A stretch of DNA of 64,000 nucleotides from contig CAWGMQ010000004.1 of assembly GCA_963823665.1 (NCBI GenBank), positions 608,001 through 672,000 on the forward strand. Direction: 5' to 3'. Positions 37,897 through 49,767 of the stretch are shown here, one piece after another. This DNA is from an uncultured Planctomycetota bacterium (GTDB taxonomy: Bacteria > Planctomycetota > Planctomycetia > Isosphaerales > Isosphaeraceae). Position 1 is the stretch's first letter; every line of letters starts with the position of its first letter. A model generated the notes under the pieces. That model did no database searches, was not told the DNA's origin, and was given only the letters and a program-made list of their open reading frames with translations. A program made the translations under genes and the position numbers.

Positions 37897-39898
37897 ATCT
37901 CGCGAGGTTTTCTTTCTTCGTGGTCACTCGAACGAGCGCGGTGTGCGTCGCCATCGCGGCTCTCACCCCAGGGGTCGGAGCCCAAATCATTGAGCCCGAC
38001 TCCGGTCCGCCGCGCCCCGGCGCGGCGTCCAGCACCGCCATGATCGTCTCAGGACATGTGAGGGACGTTGGCGGCAAGCCACTTCCGGCGCGCGCGTGGT
38101 GGTCGTGACGTCGGAAGCCGCCCGGTGGGCGCGGCCGATCGGGGTTGCCCGTGGTAACTCGCTTCCCTTGTCGTTCGAGTGCCACGGTCCTGGGGAGGCG
38201 GACCAAGACGGGAGATTCCAAGTCGCAGTGCCCGGCGCCCGTTCCAGCGTGTACGCGGAGGTCAAGATCTACGCTGCGGCTTCGGGACACGGCAGCGCAG
38301 CTCGAGGCATGCCATTTGAGACGGGGCAACGAGAAGTTGAACTGAAGCTTGGCCCGGAACATCTCGTTCGCGGCACGGTCATCGACCTCACGAATCGGCC
38401 GGTCGTTGGGGCCACCATTCGTGTCGTCGAATCCGAGTGGTGGCTGCCGCCGCCTTTGCTCGCCATCTGGGCCGCGACGAGTAGCGACGATAAAGGGCGA
38501 TTCGTGATCCGAGGCCTCGACCCCGGCAAGGTCTTGCTCCACATCGAGGGGGCGACGATCACGCCGCAGCGATTCGCGGCGAGCCCGGTGCCGGCCGAGA
38601 GCGGGGAGGGAATGACCCTCGCCGTGGCTCCGGCCAAACGGCTGCGCGGCCGCGTTGTCTTCGGCGACAGCGGCAAGCCCGCCGCCGGTGCCGCGATCTT
38701 CGCGCTCGCCGATTTCGTCGAAACCCGCTGGATCGAGGCGCGGACTGACCAAGAAGGCAAGTTCTCGATCAACCCATTCGCCCCGGATGAGAAAGCTGAC
38801 TTCCATCGAGAAGATTATCTCCTCAAGGTATTCCCGCCGCCGAACGCGCAATACGTGGTCGCAGAGCCTTGGTTTCCAATCTCAAAAGTCCCGGGAGAGG
38901 AACTACACGTGCAGCTCAGCCGCGGCGTGTTGGTGAAAGGCCGGGTGACGGAGGCCGGATCGGAAAAGCCGATTGCGGGGGCACGGGTGCAGTACATCGC
39001 ACGCGGGGCCCCCAGCTCGATCGAGGCCTCCCGGGTCAACACGGCGATCAGCTCGCCGGACGGCCGATTCGAGCTCCCGGTGCAAACGGACCCGGGGCAC
39101 CTCCTGGTCCTGGGGCCCACGCCAGATTATCTCCCTGTCGAGACATCGAAAGGCGTGCTCGAGGGCGGGAAACCTGGCAAGCGGCGTGTCTACGCGGATG
39201 CGGTCGTCGCCCTGGAGGGGGGGCAAGAGGGGGACGAGCAGACCGTCGACGTGCGGCTACGCCGCGGCATCACGTTGCGGGGCCGGGTTCTAGGGCTCGA
39301 CAAGAAGCCCGTCGCGTCGTTCATCCTCGTTTCGCAGTCGTATCGCGTCAGTGGTTACAAGTTCGGCGTCAATCCGGACCTTCTCAGGTGCGCCAACGGT
39401 GAGTTCGAGCTGCCAGGGTGCGACCCCGACCGACCGAACACCGCCTACCTGCTCGACCCGGCAAACCGGCTGGCGGCGACGGTTCAGCTCACCAAGCAAA
39501 ACGCGAGCGAGCCGGCGATCGTTGACCTGCGGCCCTGCGGCTCGGCTAGGGCCCGGCTTGTCGGTGCTGACGGCAAGCCGGTGGCTAAGCACCGGCCGTG
39601 GTTCCTCTACCTGCTCGCGAGTGGAGCGCCCCGGCGAAGCTACGAATTCGGCGAGGGCGATAACGCGCTCGAAGCCGATTCAGGAGACGTCGCCCAGTTG
39701 GATCTCACCGTATTCGCGAGTGTCGAGACAAATGACGACGGGCGTATCACCTTGCCCGCGCTCGTGCCCGGCCTGAGCTACCGGATTCAGTGGACCCCAA
39801 CTGATTTCACGGATCCGAAACCATGGCCACATCTGGATTTCACAGTGGAAGCCGGCGAAGCGAAAGATCTGGGCACGGTGGTCATCAATGCGCCGTGA
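37893..39898 (+). CDS. Exported carboxypeptidase-regulatory-like repeat protein; frameshift near 38088
   Basis: Repeated GxV.D..GKP..GA.V and T/SD.DGRF motifs; joins ORFs 37893..38108 and 38096..39898. Confidence 0.8.
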
Positions 39899-39922
39899 TG
39901 TTGAGCGAGGGAGGACCGAATC

Positions 39923-41308
39923 ATGAAGCCCGATCTGTCTGCCTGGGAGCCGTTTGAACCGACTGCCAACGACCCTTGGGACCTGAAGAAGGTTGCCCAC
40001 TTGCACCGGCGCGCCGGCTTCGGCGCGAGTTGGGTCGAGTTCCATCGCGACCTGGAGGCGGGTCCCGGCGGGGCGGTGGACCGCCTCCTCAATCCGCCGG
40101 CAGAAACGGCCGAGACGCAACGGAACCTGGCGGGAATCAGGGACGGCATCCGGGAAGCGCCCGATCGGAGCGATCGACTACAGGCCTACTGGATGTATCG
40201 GCTCGTGTTCGATCCGAACGCGCTTCGCGAGAACATGACCCTGTTCTGGCACAATCATTTCGCCACGAGCAACGCGAAGGTCCTCGATGAACTGCAGATG
40301 CTGCGGCAGAACGAGCTTTTCCGGTCGAACGCGCTCGGCGACCTGCGGCTGCTGCTGGAAGTTGTGCTCAGTGACGCCGCGATGCTCATCTGGCTCGACG
40401 GCACCGACAGCCCGAAAGCACGGCCCAACGAAAACCTCGCCCGCGAGTTCCTCGAGATCTTCACCCTCGGCGTCGGCAGCTACACCGAAGCCGACGTGCG
40501 TGAAGCGGCGCGGGCGCTGACCGGCTGGGTTTCGAGCCCGTCCCGGGGACCCGGCGTTCGGTACGATCCTCGCAAGCTTGAGTTCAAAGTCAGTGAATTC
40601 GACGATGGTGTCAAGAGAATCTTCGGCAGGGAGGGTCGCTTTGGGCGGGCGGACTTGGTGCGCCTGGTTCTCGAACAGCCGGCCTTCGCCGTCTTCATCA
40701 GTCGCAAGCTGTACCGCCATTTTGTGCGGGACAACATCGAGCCGGAACCCGAGTTAATCGAACCGCTGGCCGACGCCCTTCGCGCGAGCGGCTATTCCAT
40801 CGGGCGCATCGTGGGCATGATCCTCAAGTCGCGTCATTTTTACTCAAATTCAGTGCACCGCGGGCGAATTGCCAGTCCCGTTGAGCTGTGTGTCGGGTTG
40901 CTTCGGACTTTGGGCGCGCGGAAATCCGAGGTTCAGCTCCTGCAGGTCGCGGAGGCATGTCGCGCGCAGGGGCAGCACCTCTTCTACCCGCCCAACGTTG
41001 CAGGCTGGGCCGGCGGGCGGCGATGGATTACGAGCGCCAGTGTGGTCGCGCGGAGCAATTGGCTCTCGTCCGCCATCTGGGGAGATCGTTCGTGGGACAC
41101 GCCGGGTTTCGATCCGCTCGCGTGGGGCGAGCGAAACGGCGTTCCACGCCAAAAGATCGGCCAAGCGCTCATCGACCTGCTCCTCCAGGGCGACTTGACG
41201 ACCGAGGCGCGAGAGGCCGCGCTGCGCGTTGCGCAGCCGGCCGACGCCGACTCGTTGCGGAAGTGTGCTCAGGTCATCGTTCACTGCCCGGAATACCAAC
41301 TCATCTAA
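39923..41308 (+). CDS. DUF1800-family protein
   Basis: HLHRRAGFG, LFWHNHFATS, PNENLAREFLEIFTLG, PPNVAGW, PEYQL. Confidence 0.93.
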   Translation: MKPDLSAWEPFEPTANDPWDLKKVAHLHRRAGFGASWVEFHRDLEAGPGGAVDRLLNPPAETAETQRNLAGIRDGIREAPDRSDRLQAYWMYRLVFDPNALRENMTLFWHNHFATSNAKVLDELQMLRQNELFRSNALGDLRLLLEVVLSDAAMLIWLDGTDSPKARPNENLAREFLEIFTLGVGSYTEADVREAARALTGWVSSPSRGPGVRYDPRKLEFKVSEFDDGVKRIFGREGRFGRADLVRLVLEQPAFAVFISRKLYRHFVRDNIEPEPELIEPLADALRASGYSIGRIVGMILKSRHFYSNSVHRGRIASPVELCVGLLRTLGARKSEVQLLQVAEACRAQGQHLFYPPNVAGWAGGRRWITSASVVARSNWLSSAIWGDRSWDTPGFDPLAWGERNGVPRQKIGQALIDLLLQGDLTTEAREAALRVAQPADADSLRKCAQVIVHCPEYQLI

Positions 41309-41322
41309 TGAGGAGGATCGAC

Positions 41323-42574
41323 ATGCGTTTCACCCGACGCGATTGGCTTCGACTTGGCCTCGCCTCACCAGCGGTCCTGGCATGTGGCGACGCCGTCCCG
41401 AGCTTCCTGGCACATTCCGCGGCATCCGTCGTCGACGGCGACAGTGGCGCGCGCCGTCGGATCCTCGTGATTGTCGAGTTAGCTGGGGGCAACGACGGAC
41501 TGAACACCGTCGTTCCGCACCGCGACGACGTCTATTATCGCAGCCGTCCGAAGCTAAACGTGGCGGCGAAGGCGGTGCTCAAGGTCGACGACCACGTTGG
41601 CTTTCACCCGCAGATGCGGCGGTTTGCCGACCTGATTCACGATGGACAGCTCGCCGTGGTCCAAGGCGTCGGCTACCCGAACCCGAGTCGGTCGCACTTC
41701 GACAGCATGGCGATCTGGCAAACGGGCCGGCGCGACGCAACGCAAAACACACAAGGCTGGCTCAGTCGCTACCTGGATGCGACGGTGCCCGCCGGGGTCC
41801 TGGTCCCGCGCAATTCAGGCAGGCGGCGAAAAGCTCACTCAGGCGCTCGCCGGAGGAAGCGTTCAGGTGCCCATCCTCGAGGGCCTGAGTCACCTGGAAC
41901 GTCGCTTGGGGATGCCGAAGGATGCCGGGCTTGAGCAGCAGCGTGTCGTGCTGGACCGCGTTTTCGGCCAAGATTACGGCGCGACCGGATCGCACCGCGA
42001 GTTCGTGAGCCGAAGCGCCCTGGTGTCGTTTGCGAACTGCGAGCGGCTTCGCGAGGCGCTGAAAACCGCGGAGGCTTCAACGGCGCGTTACCCGGCGTAT
42101 CGTCTGGCGCAGCGCCTGAAGGTCATTGCCCACTTCATCAAGACCGAGATGACGCCGGTCGTATACTACACGGACCACGGTGGCTTCGACACACACGTAC
42201 AGCAGGCGTTTCTGCATGGCAGTTTGCTCGCGGAGCTTGCCGAATCCACTGCGGCGTTTTTTGATGATCTGAAGCGCGCCGGCGAAGCCGGCCGCGTGAT
42301 CGTGCTCGTCTACTCGGAGTTCGGCCGCCGCGTTACCGAGAACGCGGGAGGGGGCACCGATCACGGAACTGCCGGACCGGTTTTCCTGGTCGGGCCGGGC
42401 GTGCGCGGTGGCCTCCACGGTGCGCAGCCCGATCTCACGGACCTGGATGACAGTGATCCCAAGTTCACGGTGGACTTCCGGCGGGTCTACACGACCTTGC
42501 TCGAAAAGTGGCTAGGAACCCGCGCCGCAGGCGTGCTACCCGGGGCGTTCGAGCCGCTGGCGCTGCTCGCGTGA
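41323..42574 (+). CDS. DUF1501-family protein (Tat); frameshift near 41808
   Basis: TRRDWL, LAGGNDGLN, RSHF, GGFDTH, SEFGRR, GTDHG. Confidence 0.9.
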
Positions 42575-42697
42575 GGGTTGGGGCGTCCGCCGCGATCGGA
42601 GCCCGGCGAGACGCGGCCGCAAGCCTGGCCCCCGGAGGCCGACGGGACGGTTCCCCGCATCGCGATCGCCAAAGTCGCTGCCCTAACGGGAGAGGTC

Positions 42698-42941
42698 CTG
42701 TGAGCAGATGTTGTCATGCCAAGAACAGCGAGAGTAGCACCGGGGGGCTTTGTCTATCACGTCCTGAACCGATCGGTCGGCAAGATGCATATGTTCCGCA
42801 AGGAGTCCGACTTTGGGGCGTTCGAGCAAGTGATGGTTGATGCTCAACTGCGGCAACTTGGTCGGTGGAACGGCCGGCGAGCTGGATGGCTCGCGTCAAC
42901 GCTCCTTTGACCACGAAGGAATTAGACCGAGTGCGGGTGAC
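42698..42941 (+). mobile_element. Internally deleted, 3'-truncated RAYT copy
   Basis: MPRTARVAPGGFVYHVLNR start identical to 46461..47159; jumps directly to the WPVERP-coding region. Confidence 0.85.
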
Positions 42942-42942
42942 T

Positions 42943-44034
42943 TCAACGCACAACCTTCTTCAACTCGGGTAGCGCCTGTTGGAGTTTCATCACCCCAGCG
43001 TCCGTGACGTTGGTGCCGGTCAGCACCAGCGTGTGGAGCTTAGTGCTCTGTTTCAACCATTCCAAACCAGCATCACCGACAGCCGTGTTGTTGAGCTTGA
43101 GAACCTGAAGGCCGTCCAAGGCGGCAAGATGAGCGAGACCCGCGTCCGTGATCTTCGTGTTGTCCAGGTGCAGGAAGACGAGCTTGGAAATCCCGCGCAG
43201 GTGGACCAGTTCCGCATCGCCGACGTTGGTGCCCGTCAGCTCGAGCCAGCCTAGTTCGGTCAGGCTGTGCAGGTGCCGCAGGCCTGCCCCGCTGATGGCT
43301 GTGCCTTCAAGCCCCAGGAAAGTTAGATGCGCCAGGCCCTTCAGATGTTCCAGACCGGCGTCGGTGATCTTGGTCCTTTCCAATGAGAGCTGTCCAAGGT
43401 TGCTCAGGCCTTCGAGGTGAGCTAACCCAGCGTCGGTGACGGCGGTCTGGCCGAGAGCCAGGACATTCAGACTCGGCAGCGATTTCAGGTGAATTAGCTC
43501 ATCGTCACCGAATCGTGATCCGTACAGCAACAGTTGTTCTAACCGAGAAAGCCTGGTCAAGTGCTGCATGCCGCCCGCACCGATCTGGGAGTTAAATATC
43601 TGTAAATTGCGAAGCTCGGCCAGCCCTGCCACCGGCGCCAGCCCTGAACCCGTGATTCTCGACTTGCGCAAAATCAACAACTCGAGGCTCTTGAGCGCCG
43701 CCACTGGCCGCAAGTGCTCGTCGGTCGCTCCGCGTGCCAGATCGGCTTCCGCGATATGGGCGAAGTAGTTGGGTCCGAGGTTCTTGAGCAGCCATTTCGG
43801 CCACGCAGGCTCTCCGCCCGAAATAAAGTGCCCATCCGCGAAATCCCACTTGTACTTGACGCTACCGCCCGCCCGTTCAATCGCCGCCACCGCCTCGCGC
43901 TGAACCCTCGCGCGATTCACGACCCACCCCAACCCACCCCCCAGCACCAGCACAGCGACGATCAGCCCACGAACGCTGATCCGCATGTACTTGCGCCAGG
44001 GCCGCGCCACGGCGGCTAAAGGCATGATCGCCAA
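42943..44034 (-). CDS. Membrane-anchored leucine-rich repeat protein
   Basis: RISVRGLIVAVLVLGGGLGW anchor; about ten 24-aa T.ITDAGL.HL..L..L repeats. Confidence 0.92.
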   Translation of the reverse strand: MAIMPLAAVARPWRKYMRISVRGLIVAVLVLGGGLGWVVNRARVQREAVAAIERAGGSVKYKWDFADGHFISGGEPAWPKWLLKNLGPNYFAHIAEADLARGATDEHLRPVAALKSLELLILRKSRITGSGLAPVAGLAELRNLQIFNSQIGAGGMQHLTRLSRLEQLLLYGSRFGDDELIHLKSLPSLNVLALGQTAVTDAGLAHLEGLSNLGQLSLERTKITDAGLEHLKGLAHLTFLGLEGTAISGAGLRHLHSLTELGWLELTGTNVGDAELVHLRGISKLVFLHLDNTKITDAGLAHLAALDGLQVLKLNNTAVGDAGLEWLKQSTKLHTLVLTGTNVTDAGVMKLQQALPELKKVVR

Positions 44035-44057
44035 GGTCTGGGTCCTCTAAAACGATC

Positions 44058-44291
44058 CTAATCGTCCACGGAAAGCCGTCTCTTCAGCCAACGGGCCAGA
44101 ACGACCGAAACAACAGCCAGTCCAATCAGCTCGAGTCCGATGGTTCGCAGCCACATCAGGCTGCGGGAACGCTGCGCATCGGCGAGCGACGACACGTAAA
44201 TCGAGCCCGCCCCAAGCGCAACCAGCGCGAGCACCAACACGCCGAAGAAAACCCTCACCCGCTCCCAGCGCTCCGCCCGCGAGTTCCTCAT
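44058..44291 (-). CDS. Small two-TM membrane protein
   Basis: GAGGTG RBS, two hydrophobic helices. Confidence 0.6.
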   Translation of the reverse strand: MRNSRAERWERVRVFFGVLVLALVALGAGSIYVSSLADAQRSRSLMWLRTIGLELIGLAVVSVVLARWLKRRLSVDD

Positions 44292-44699
44292 CGCACCTCA
44301 AGATCAACAACCAAACAATCCCCAGCCAATCAACGCTCCTAATCCTAATCTTAATCTTAGTCTTCGTCCCGGGGATGCCCAGTCGTCCAGGGAGTGAGAC
44401 ACCCAATCTCTGGAGTGCGTTCCAGGCGAAGCCAGGCATACGTGACTCGCAACAGCGCGCGCCCCGCGATTGCTGGGTGCATCGCGGCCGGCGCCGTGCG
44501 CAGCCGGCGCTGCGCCATGCGCGGTGAGCAACCGGGTGCGGCCGGGTACGTGGCCGGCGCTTGCACGCATCGGTTGCTGCGAACCGCTCGATATGGACGG
44601 CGGTGCTTCGTCGCTTGCCGCGCCGGCGAAGGAAACGACGCAGTCTGGCCTCGAATCCAATTGAATTCCGCGTCTGCCGCTGCGACCAGCGCTAGCGAG

Positions 44700-45265
44700 C
44701 GAGCCGCTTACCTACAGAAACGCGACCTGCGCGGCCGCCTTGCCCTGAAACCAGCGCCGTGAGCAACGCGGTGCGGTGCGCACAAGCGAACTCGCTCGAC
44801 CTGCCGCTTGTTTGAACATGCGACCGAAGTCGCGCACCGTGTCCACCCGATTTGATCGATCCAGACCCAGCCGGTCCAGGATGGGAGCCAAGTCGTCTGG
44901 GATTGCCCCACGCTTGTCGCGCCGCAGTTCCCGGCCCGTCGAATCGAATCGTCACGTTGCGGAAAGAGCTTGCGCTAGCGCAGGGCGACTTCGGCGTCGG
45001 ACCATTGTTCGACACAGTCCGGTCGATTGCGGTGCACGAGATGCAGGTTGTTGATCGTAATATCATAACCGCACACCTTAATGCCGGAGAGTCCGGCGAG
45101 CTGGCGCAGCCGATCGAGAATCCAGACCGTACGGTGAGAGTAATCACGACCGGAGTAGGAGTCGGTGCCGCATAGGAAGGCTCGTCGGACGCAGCGAGCG
45201 ATGCAGTGATAAACGCCGACGCACTCCTCGTGGACGATGTGGCGACGCGCAGAAGCAGGCACGTG
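44700..45265 (-). pseudogene. Degenerate REP-associated (Y1) transposase of the YHC..RCVRRAFLCG class
   Basis: YHCIARCVRRAFLCG.D...G.DYSHR..W, HuH decayed (NNLHL), premature stop; C-terminal PDDLAPILDRLG fragment in another frame. Confidence 0.8.
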
Positions 45266-45582
45266 AGGCTCCATCACCAGGCAGGTGCAGAGCCCAGTGG
45301 CGGCATCTGGACCGGATGCCAGCTTCACATGAGATCGGTCGGTGTCTGCCATCCGTGAGATCGGTGGGTCCCTGTTTCTCCTCCTCGCGTTCACGGGCCA
45401 AAAAAAATCGCGAGCGGGCTTCCGTTCCCCCGCTGGTCCTGTAGCCCGACTCTGATCGCTACTTCGTTTCCGTCCGGTGTCTGCCTGCGCGACCTAAGAC
45501 AAAGGCTGACACCGCGAAGCCCCCCCTGAGCGGAGGCGGCCTTATTCGTCCGAGCGATGCCTTTCGGTCTATGCGTCTCAGG

Positions 45583-45652
45583 ACTGAGAAGAACACCGGA
45601 ACGAAGCGTAGGCAGGTACTGAGAAGAACACCGGAACGAAGCGTGGCAGGTA
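45583..45652. repeat. 35-bp tandem duplication
   Basis: ACTGAGAAGAACACCGGAACGAAGCGT(A)GGCAGGT twice, no spacer. Confidence 0.85.
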
Positions 45653-45708
45653 ATGCGGCTCGGAGGTAGAATAGTGTCGTCTACGGTCCGTTTCTCGAGG
45701 ACAGGTCC

Positions 45709-45969
45709 ATGGTGAAAGCCGTTGTGAGTTGTGGTGAAATCCGTCCCCTCGAGCCGTTGCCGGCTGACTGGCGAGAGGGTCAGCCGCTGCGAATTGAGAA
45801 GGCGGATTACAGCGAGATGCCGGTTGAGGAGATCGACCGGGATTTCGCCGTCCTGGCAAGTCTGTGCTCGGAGAGCGAGCCGGCGAACGAGGATCAGTTG
45901 GACCGGGCGCTGCACGAAGCACGCCGTCAAGCCAAGGAGCAGGTTCGTCGGGGCATGGGGCTCAATTAG
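45709..45969 (+). CDS. Putative antitoxin of the PIN toxin
   Basis: 86 aa acidic protein directly upstream of, and overlapping by 1 nt, the PIN gene. Confidence 0.7.
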   Translation: MVKAVVSCGEIRPLEPLPADWREGQPLRIEKADYSEMPVEEIDRDFAVLASLCSESEPANEDQLDRALHEARRQAKEQVRRGMGLN

Positions 45970-46373
45970 TGCCAGACTACCTGCTCGACTGCAACCATCT
46001 GTCGGCTGCGCTACGCAAGGTCTCGGCAGTGCGCGAGCGGATTCACCAGGGCCGCACGGCGGGGCAACGTTTCATTTCCTGCCATCCCGTTCTCTGTGAG
46101 CTGGAAGTTGGGATACAGCAGACCTCGAAGCCGGACGACATTCGCCGCCGGCTGACCCAGTTGCTGCGCCACGTGCGTTTGTGGCCCTTGGACGGCGAAA
46201 CGACCCGGCTCTATGGCGCGGACTACGTCGAATTGCGTCGACAGGGCCGCGTGTTGTCGCAGGTGGACATGATGCTCGCGGCGCTGGCGCGACAGCACAG
46301 GCTCGCCCTTCTGACCACCGATCGGGATTTTGAAGCTCTTTCGGATTTGGCCGTTGAGAATTGGGTCGTCTAG
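45969..46373 (+). CDS. vapC: PIN-domain toxin
   Basis: YLLDCN, VLCEL..G, D..LAALA, LLTTDRDF, VENW; GTG start at 45969. Confidence 0.9.
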   Translation: MPDYLLDCNHLSAALRKVSAVRERIHQGRTAGQRFISCHPVLCELEVGIQQTSKPDDIRRRLTQLLRHVRLWPLDGETTRLYGADYVELRRQGRVLSQVDMMLAALARQHRLALLTTDRDFEALSDLAVENWVV

Positions 46374-46439
46374 TCTGGCCGGTCGGAGCGGACCCAAGCG
46401 GCGAGCCCGTCGCCGGCGCAGTGCATGTCCTTTCATACC

Positions 46440-47223
46440 CGCTGGATGGAAACCGCGTCATTAGCTTGTCGCCTCGGTCGCCGACTGGCTCGCTTTCCGT
46501 GGGCGGCCTTCGGGACGAACGGTCTGCTCCAGGCCGAGATCGCTTACCGTTTCGCGCACCCACTTCTCGTCGCCGTATGGTCGTCCCCTTTCCATGCTCA
46601 CCCGCACTCGGTCTGATTCCTTCCTGGTCAAAGGAGCGTTGACGCGAGCCGTCCAGTTCGCCGGCCGTTCCACCGGCCAAGGCGATAACAACGCTTTGAT
46701 CACATCCGTGCCGCGCGTCCTTGACCACAGGCTCCCCCACCGCCACAGTTGCGCTCGATCGACCAGCCCCGCTGATAAAGGACTCCGCTCGACATACCGC
46801 AATAGGCCCAGCAGTTGGCCGTTTCTTTGTACGGGGAAACTTTTGAACCGTCCTTGATAAAGATGCCCGTAGCCCACCGTCCGGTGCGACACGCGCCAGC
46901 GTATCGCGTGTATGTGCGCAAGCCGTCGAAAAAAGTCCGTCAATTGGCCGTCCTCGTCCGGCCACGCGACAAAATGCCAATGGTTGGATAGAACGCAATA
47001 CGACAGAATACGAATGGGTTGCCGCAGGTGAGCTTCAACCATGACGCGCTCAAACGCCTCAAAGTCGGACTCCTTGCGGAACATGTGCATCCTGCCGACG
47101 GATCGGTTCAGAACGTGATAGACAAAGCCCCCAGGTGCTACTCTCGCTGTTCTTGGCATGACAACATTTGCTAACAGAACTGAAGACGTCCGTCAATACT
47201 AATCGCGTCCCGGTTTCCGTCCC
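46440..47223 (-). mobile_element. REP-associated tyrosine transposase element (CDS 46461..47159) with conserved flanks
   Basis: MPR.AR, YHVLNR, NHWH (HuH), QGRFKS, RYVERSP (catalytic Tyr), WRWGS; flanks shared with the 51-kb copy. Confidence 0.9.
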
Positions 47224-47281
47224 CAGCGGATGCACACGTCAACCCCTCGACTCCAGTCAGCTCATGTCGGATGCTGGTGGT

Positions 47282-49548
47282 ATGGAAACACGCCGCAAGC
47301 GGCCCTGGTGGCGTTACCTGCGTCTCAGCGTGAGGGGACTGATCGTCGTGGTCCTGGCGGTCGGGGGCTGCCTGGGCTGGTGGCTGCACCTTGCACGCGT
47401 CCAGCGGCAGGCGGTGGCGGCCATTCGGGGGGCGGGGGCTCGATCACCTACGAGTGGGATGTTCCCGGCGCTCCCAGCACGCCCGGGTGGCGCCGATGGG
47501 TGGCGGAGCATGTCGCCGTCGATCTCACAAGCAACGTCGTTGAGGCGCGGCTCAGTCCGAGCTGCGGTGACTCGGAGCTGGCCCAGGTCGCACAGTTCGA
47601 CCGTCTGGAGAGTCTGGGCGTTGGCGGCGCGAACGTGACCGACGCCGGCATGGCGTCACTGGGGAGGCTGACCCGGCTCCGGTTCCTGGTCCTTGAGAAT
47701 TGCCCGATCACGGATGCCGCGCTGGTCCACCTCGAAGCGCTGACTCGCCTTGAGTTCCTGTCACTGAATCGCACGCCGGTGACCGATGCGGGGCTGGTCC
47801 ACCTGAAGGGCCTGGTCAACCTCCGCATCCTGCAACTTGCGAGTACGCAGGTCGGCGACGCCGGCCTGGCATCTCTCGAGGGGCTCGCGAGCCTGGAAGA
47901 TCTGAGGCTGGAGCGCACAAAGGTTGGCGACGCTGGCCTGGCGCACCTCGGTCGCTTACCTCGGCTCCAGAATCTTCGGCTCGACCGTACGTGGATCACC
48001 GATGCCGGCCTGCGGCACCTCGAGGAACTCACGCGGCTCAAGGTCCTGGCGGCCGACCATACCCAGGTCACCGCCGTGGGCAAGTCGCAGATCCTCAAGG
48101 CGTTGCCGAATCTCATCATCGACATCTCCTTGCCCGACGGGACGGACGCCGCGGCAAAGGCAGAGAAGCCACCGGAGGCCGGGGGTGACGGCGGCGTCGG
48201 GAGCACGGGCCGCATCTTCACGCCGGACAGCAAGCTGGTGTATGTGAACGTCTACTCGACCGCCCCCGACGCCGACCAGAAGGACCTCGTCAACTTCGCG
48301 AACGTCGTCGTCATGCCCCGCCTCAGGCGCATCAAGGGCATGGATATCCCCAGGAACCTCGCCAGGCGCATCAAGGGCATGGATGTCCTCAGGAACCTCG
48401 CCAGCCGCCGCTCCGCCCTGCGGATCCGGTTGAACCCCGACCGCATGCGGGCCCACAACCTGTCGTCCAACGACTTCATCAAGGCCCTGACGCCGTCGAC
48501 CATCGCCGGCTCGCAACTCGACCGGGCCACGAAGACGTGGCAATCGAACGAGTACGAGCTGATTCACACCAGCCTCTACAACAAGCCGGAGCAATGGGAA
48601 AAGGTGATTTTGAAGGCCAGTCCCGACGGCGAGATCCTGCGACTCAAGGACGTCGGCCGGGTGGACATGGCCCCCCCGTTCTTCGATATTTCCACGGACA
48701 TCGACGGGCACCCGGCGACGACGATCGTCCTGAAGCCTCTGCCCGGCTGGAGCGCCGCCATCGCCATTGAGGCGCTCGAGAAGGACCTCGAGGAGCTGAA
48801 GGCGGCGGCGTTCCCTCGCGGCATGAACTTCGAGGTCATTCCGCTCGATAGCCGGGACATGATCTATGCGGTCGTCGAGACTCCTCGCTACTCGACACTC
48901 GAATACACGAGCGCCAGGTGCCACGGGCTGGGTGCTATCGCCAGGGGCATCGACGGGATCACCTCGGTCTCCTCACTGGCGGGTTACGAGCTCCGGACGG
49001 AGGACCGCGACTCGACCGCGGGGACCTGTCTCATCCATTTGAAGGATCGGTCCGACCGCAAACTGACCTCGCGCCAGATCATCGAGACGCTCGAGGGAAA
49101 ATGCCGGACGATGAATGTCGATCTCGAGTTCTTCGAGCCGCCCGCGGTGTCGGTCTTCGTCGCGGCCGGGGGATTCTCCGTACGCGTCCTGGACAAGACG
49201 AACTCGCACGGTGACGGGCGGCCCGGAAGTGGGGCCCAGACGTTGATGGATGACCTGTTGAAACGCAAGAACCTGGAGGGCCTCTTCACCTTCCTCGCCG
49301 GCCACTACCCGCGATATGAGCTGGTCATCAACAACGACGTCGCCAGGCAGCGCGGTGTGTCGATCGCGGATGCGCTGGAGAACCTACTCGTCATCATGGG
49401 CGGCGATGTCCAGGCCGAGGGGACATTCGAGAGGGTTGCCGAGGATTACTGGAATCGGTTCGTCAAGAACGGCCGCGGGGAAATGGTGCCGTACCGCTTG
49501 TTTCTGCTGCTCAGGATGAAGCAGGGATTGAACGAGAGCGGCCGGTAG
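47282..49548 (+). CDS. LRR protein fused to AcrB/RND periplasmic subdomains; frameshift near 47436
   Basis: Membrane anchor plus LRRs, then ALRIRLNPDRMRAHNLS, PEQWEKVILKA..DGEILRLKDVGRV, FPRGM, TLEYT, FVKN..GEMVP with no RND TM helices. Confidence 0.8.
48324..48401 (+). repeat. In-frame 39-bp tandem duplication
   Basis: RRIKGMDIPRNLA / RRIKGMDVLRNLA. Confidence 0.85.
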
Positions 49549-49725
49549 AACCCATATCCCTCCGCCGCCATTCAAGGTATGCCGGGTCGCCCCCCCTGAG
49601 GCCAGCCCGAAACCCCGAATGGGGTTGGCCGGACGCACACTCACTTTGTACCGGGAAGCTTTTGAACCGTCCTTCACCCATTGCACGTTGACGTCGGGTT
49701 GGGCGTGCGTCAGGAGGAGTTGAAA

Positions 49726-49767
49726 TGGGCGGCACAGGATTCGAACCTGAGACTTCCACTGTGTGAG
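49726..49767 (-). tRNA. 3' half of a tRNA-Val gene (att-site fragment, not functional)
   Basis: CTCACAC-AGTGG-AAGTC-TCAGG-TTCGAAT-CCTGT-GCCGCCC-A; no D arm or 5' acceptor strand upstream. Confidence 0.8.

Noticed and set aside
44335..44368. TAATCY hexamer run as a coding or phase-variable tract
   Set aside because: Short, degenerate and intergenic; no evidence of function
45583..45652. 35-bp repeat as a mini-CRISPR
   Set aside because: Units are adjacent with no spacer; no cas genes
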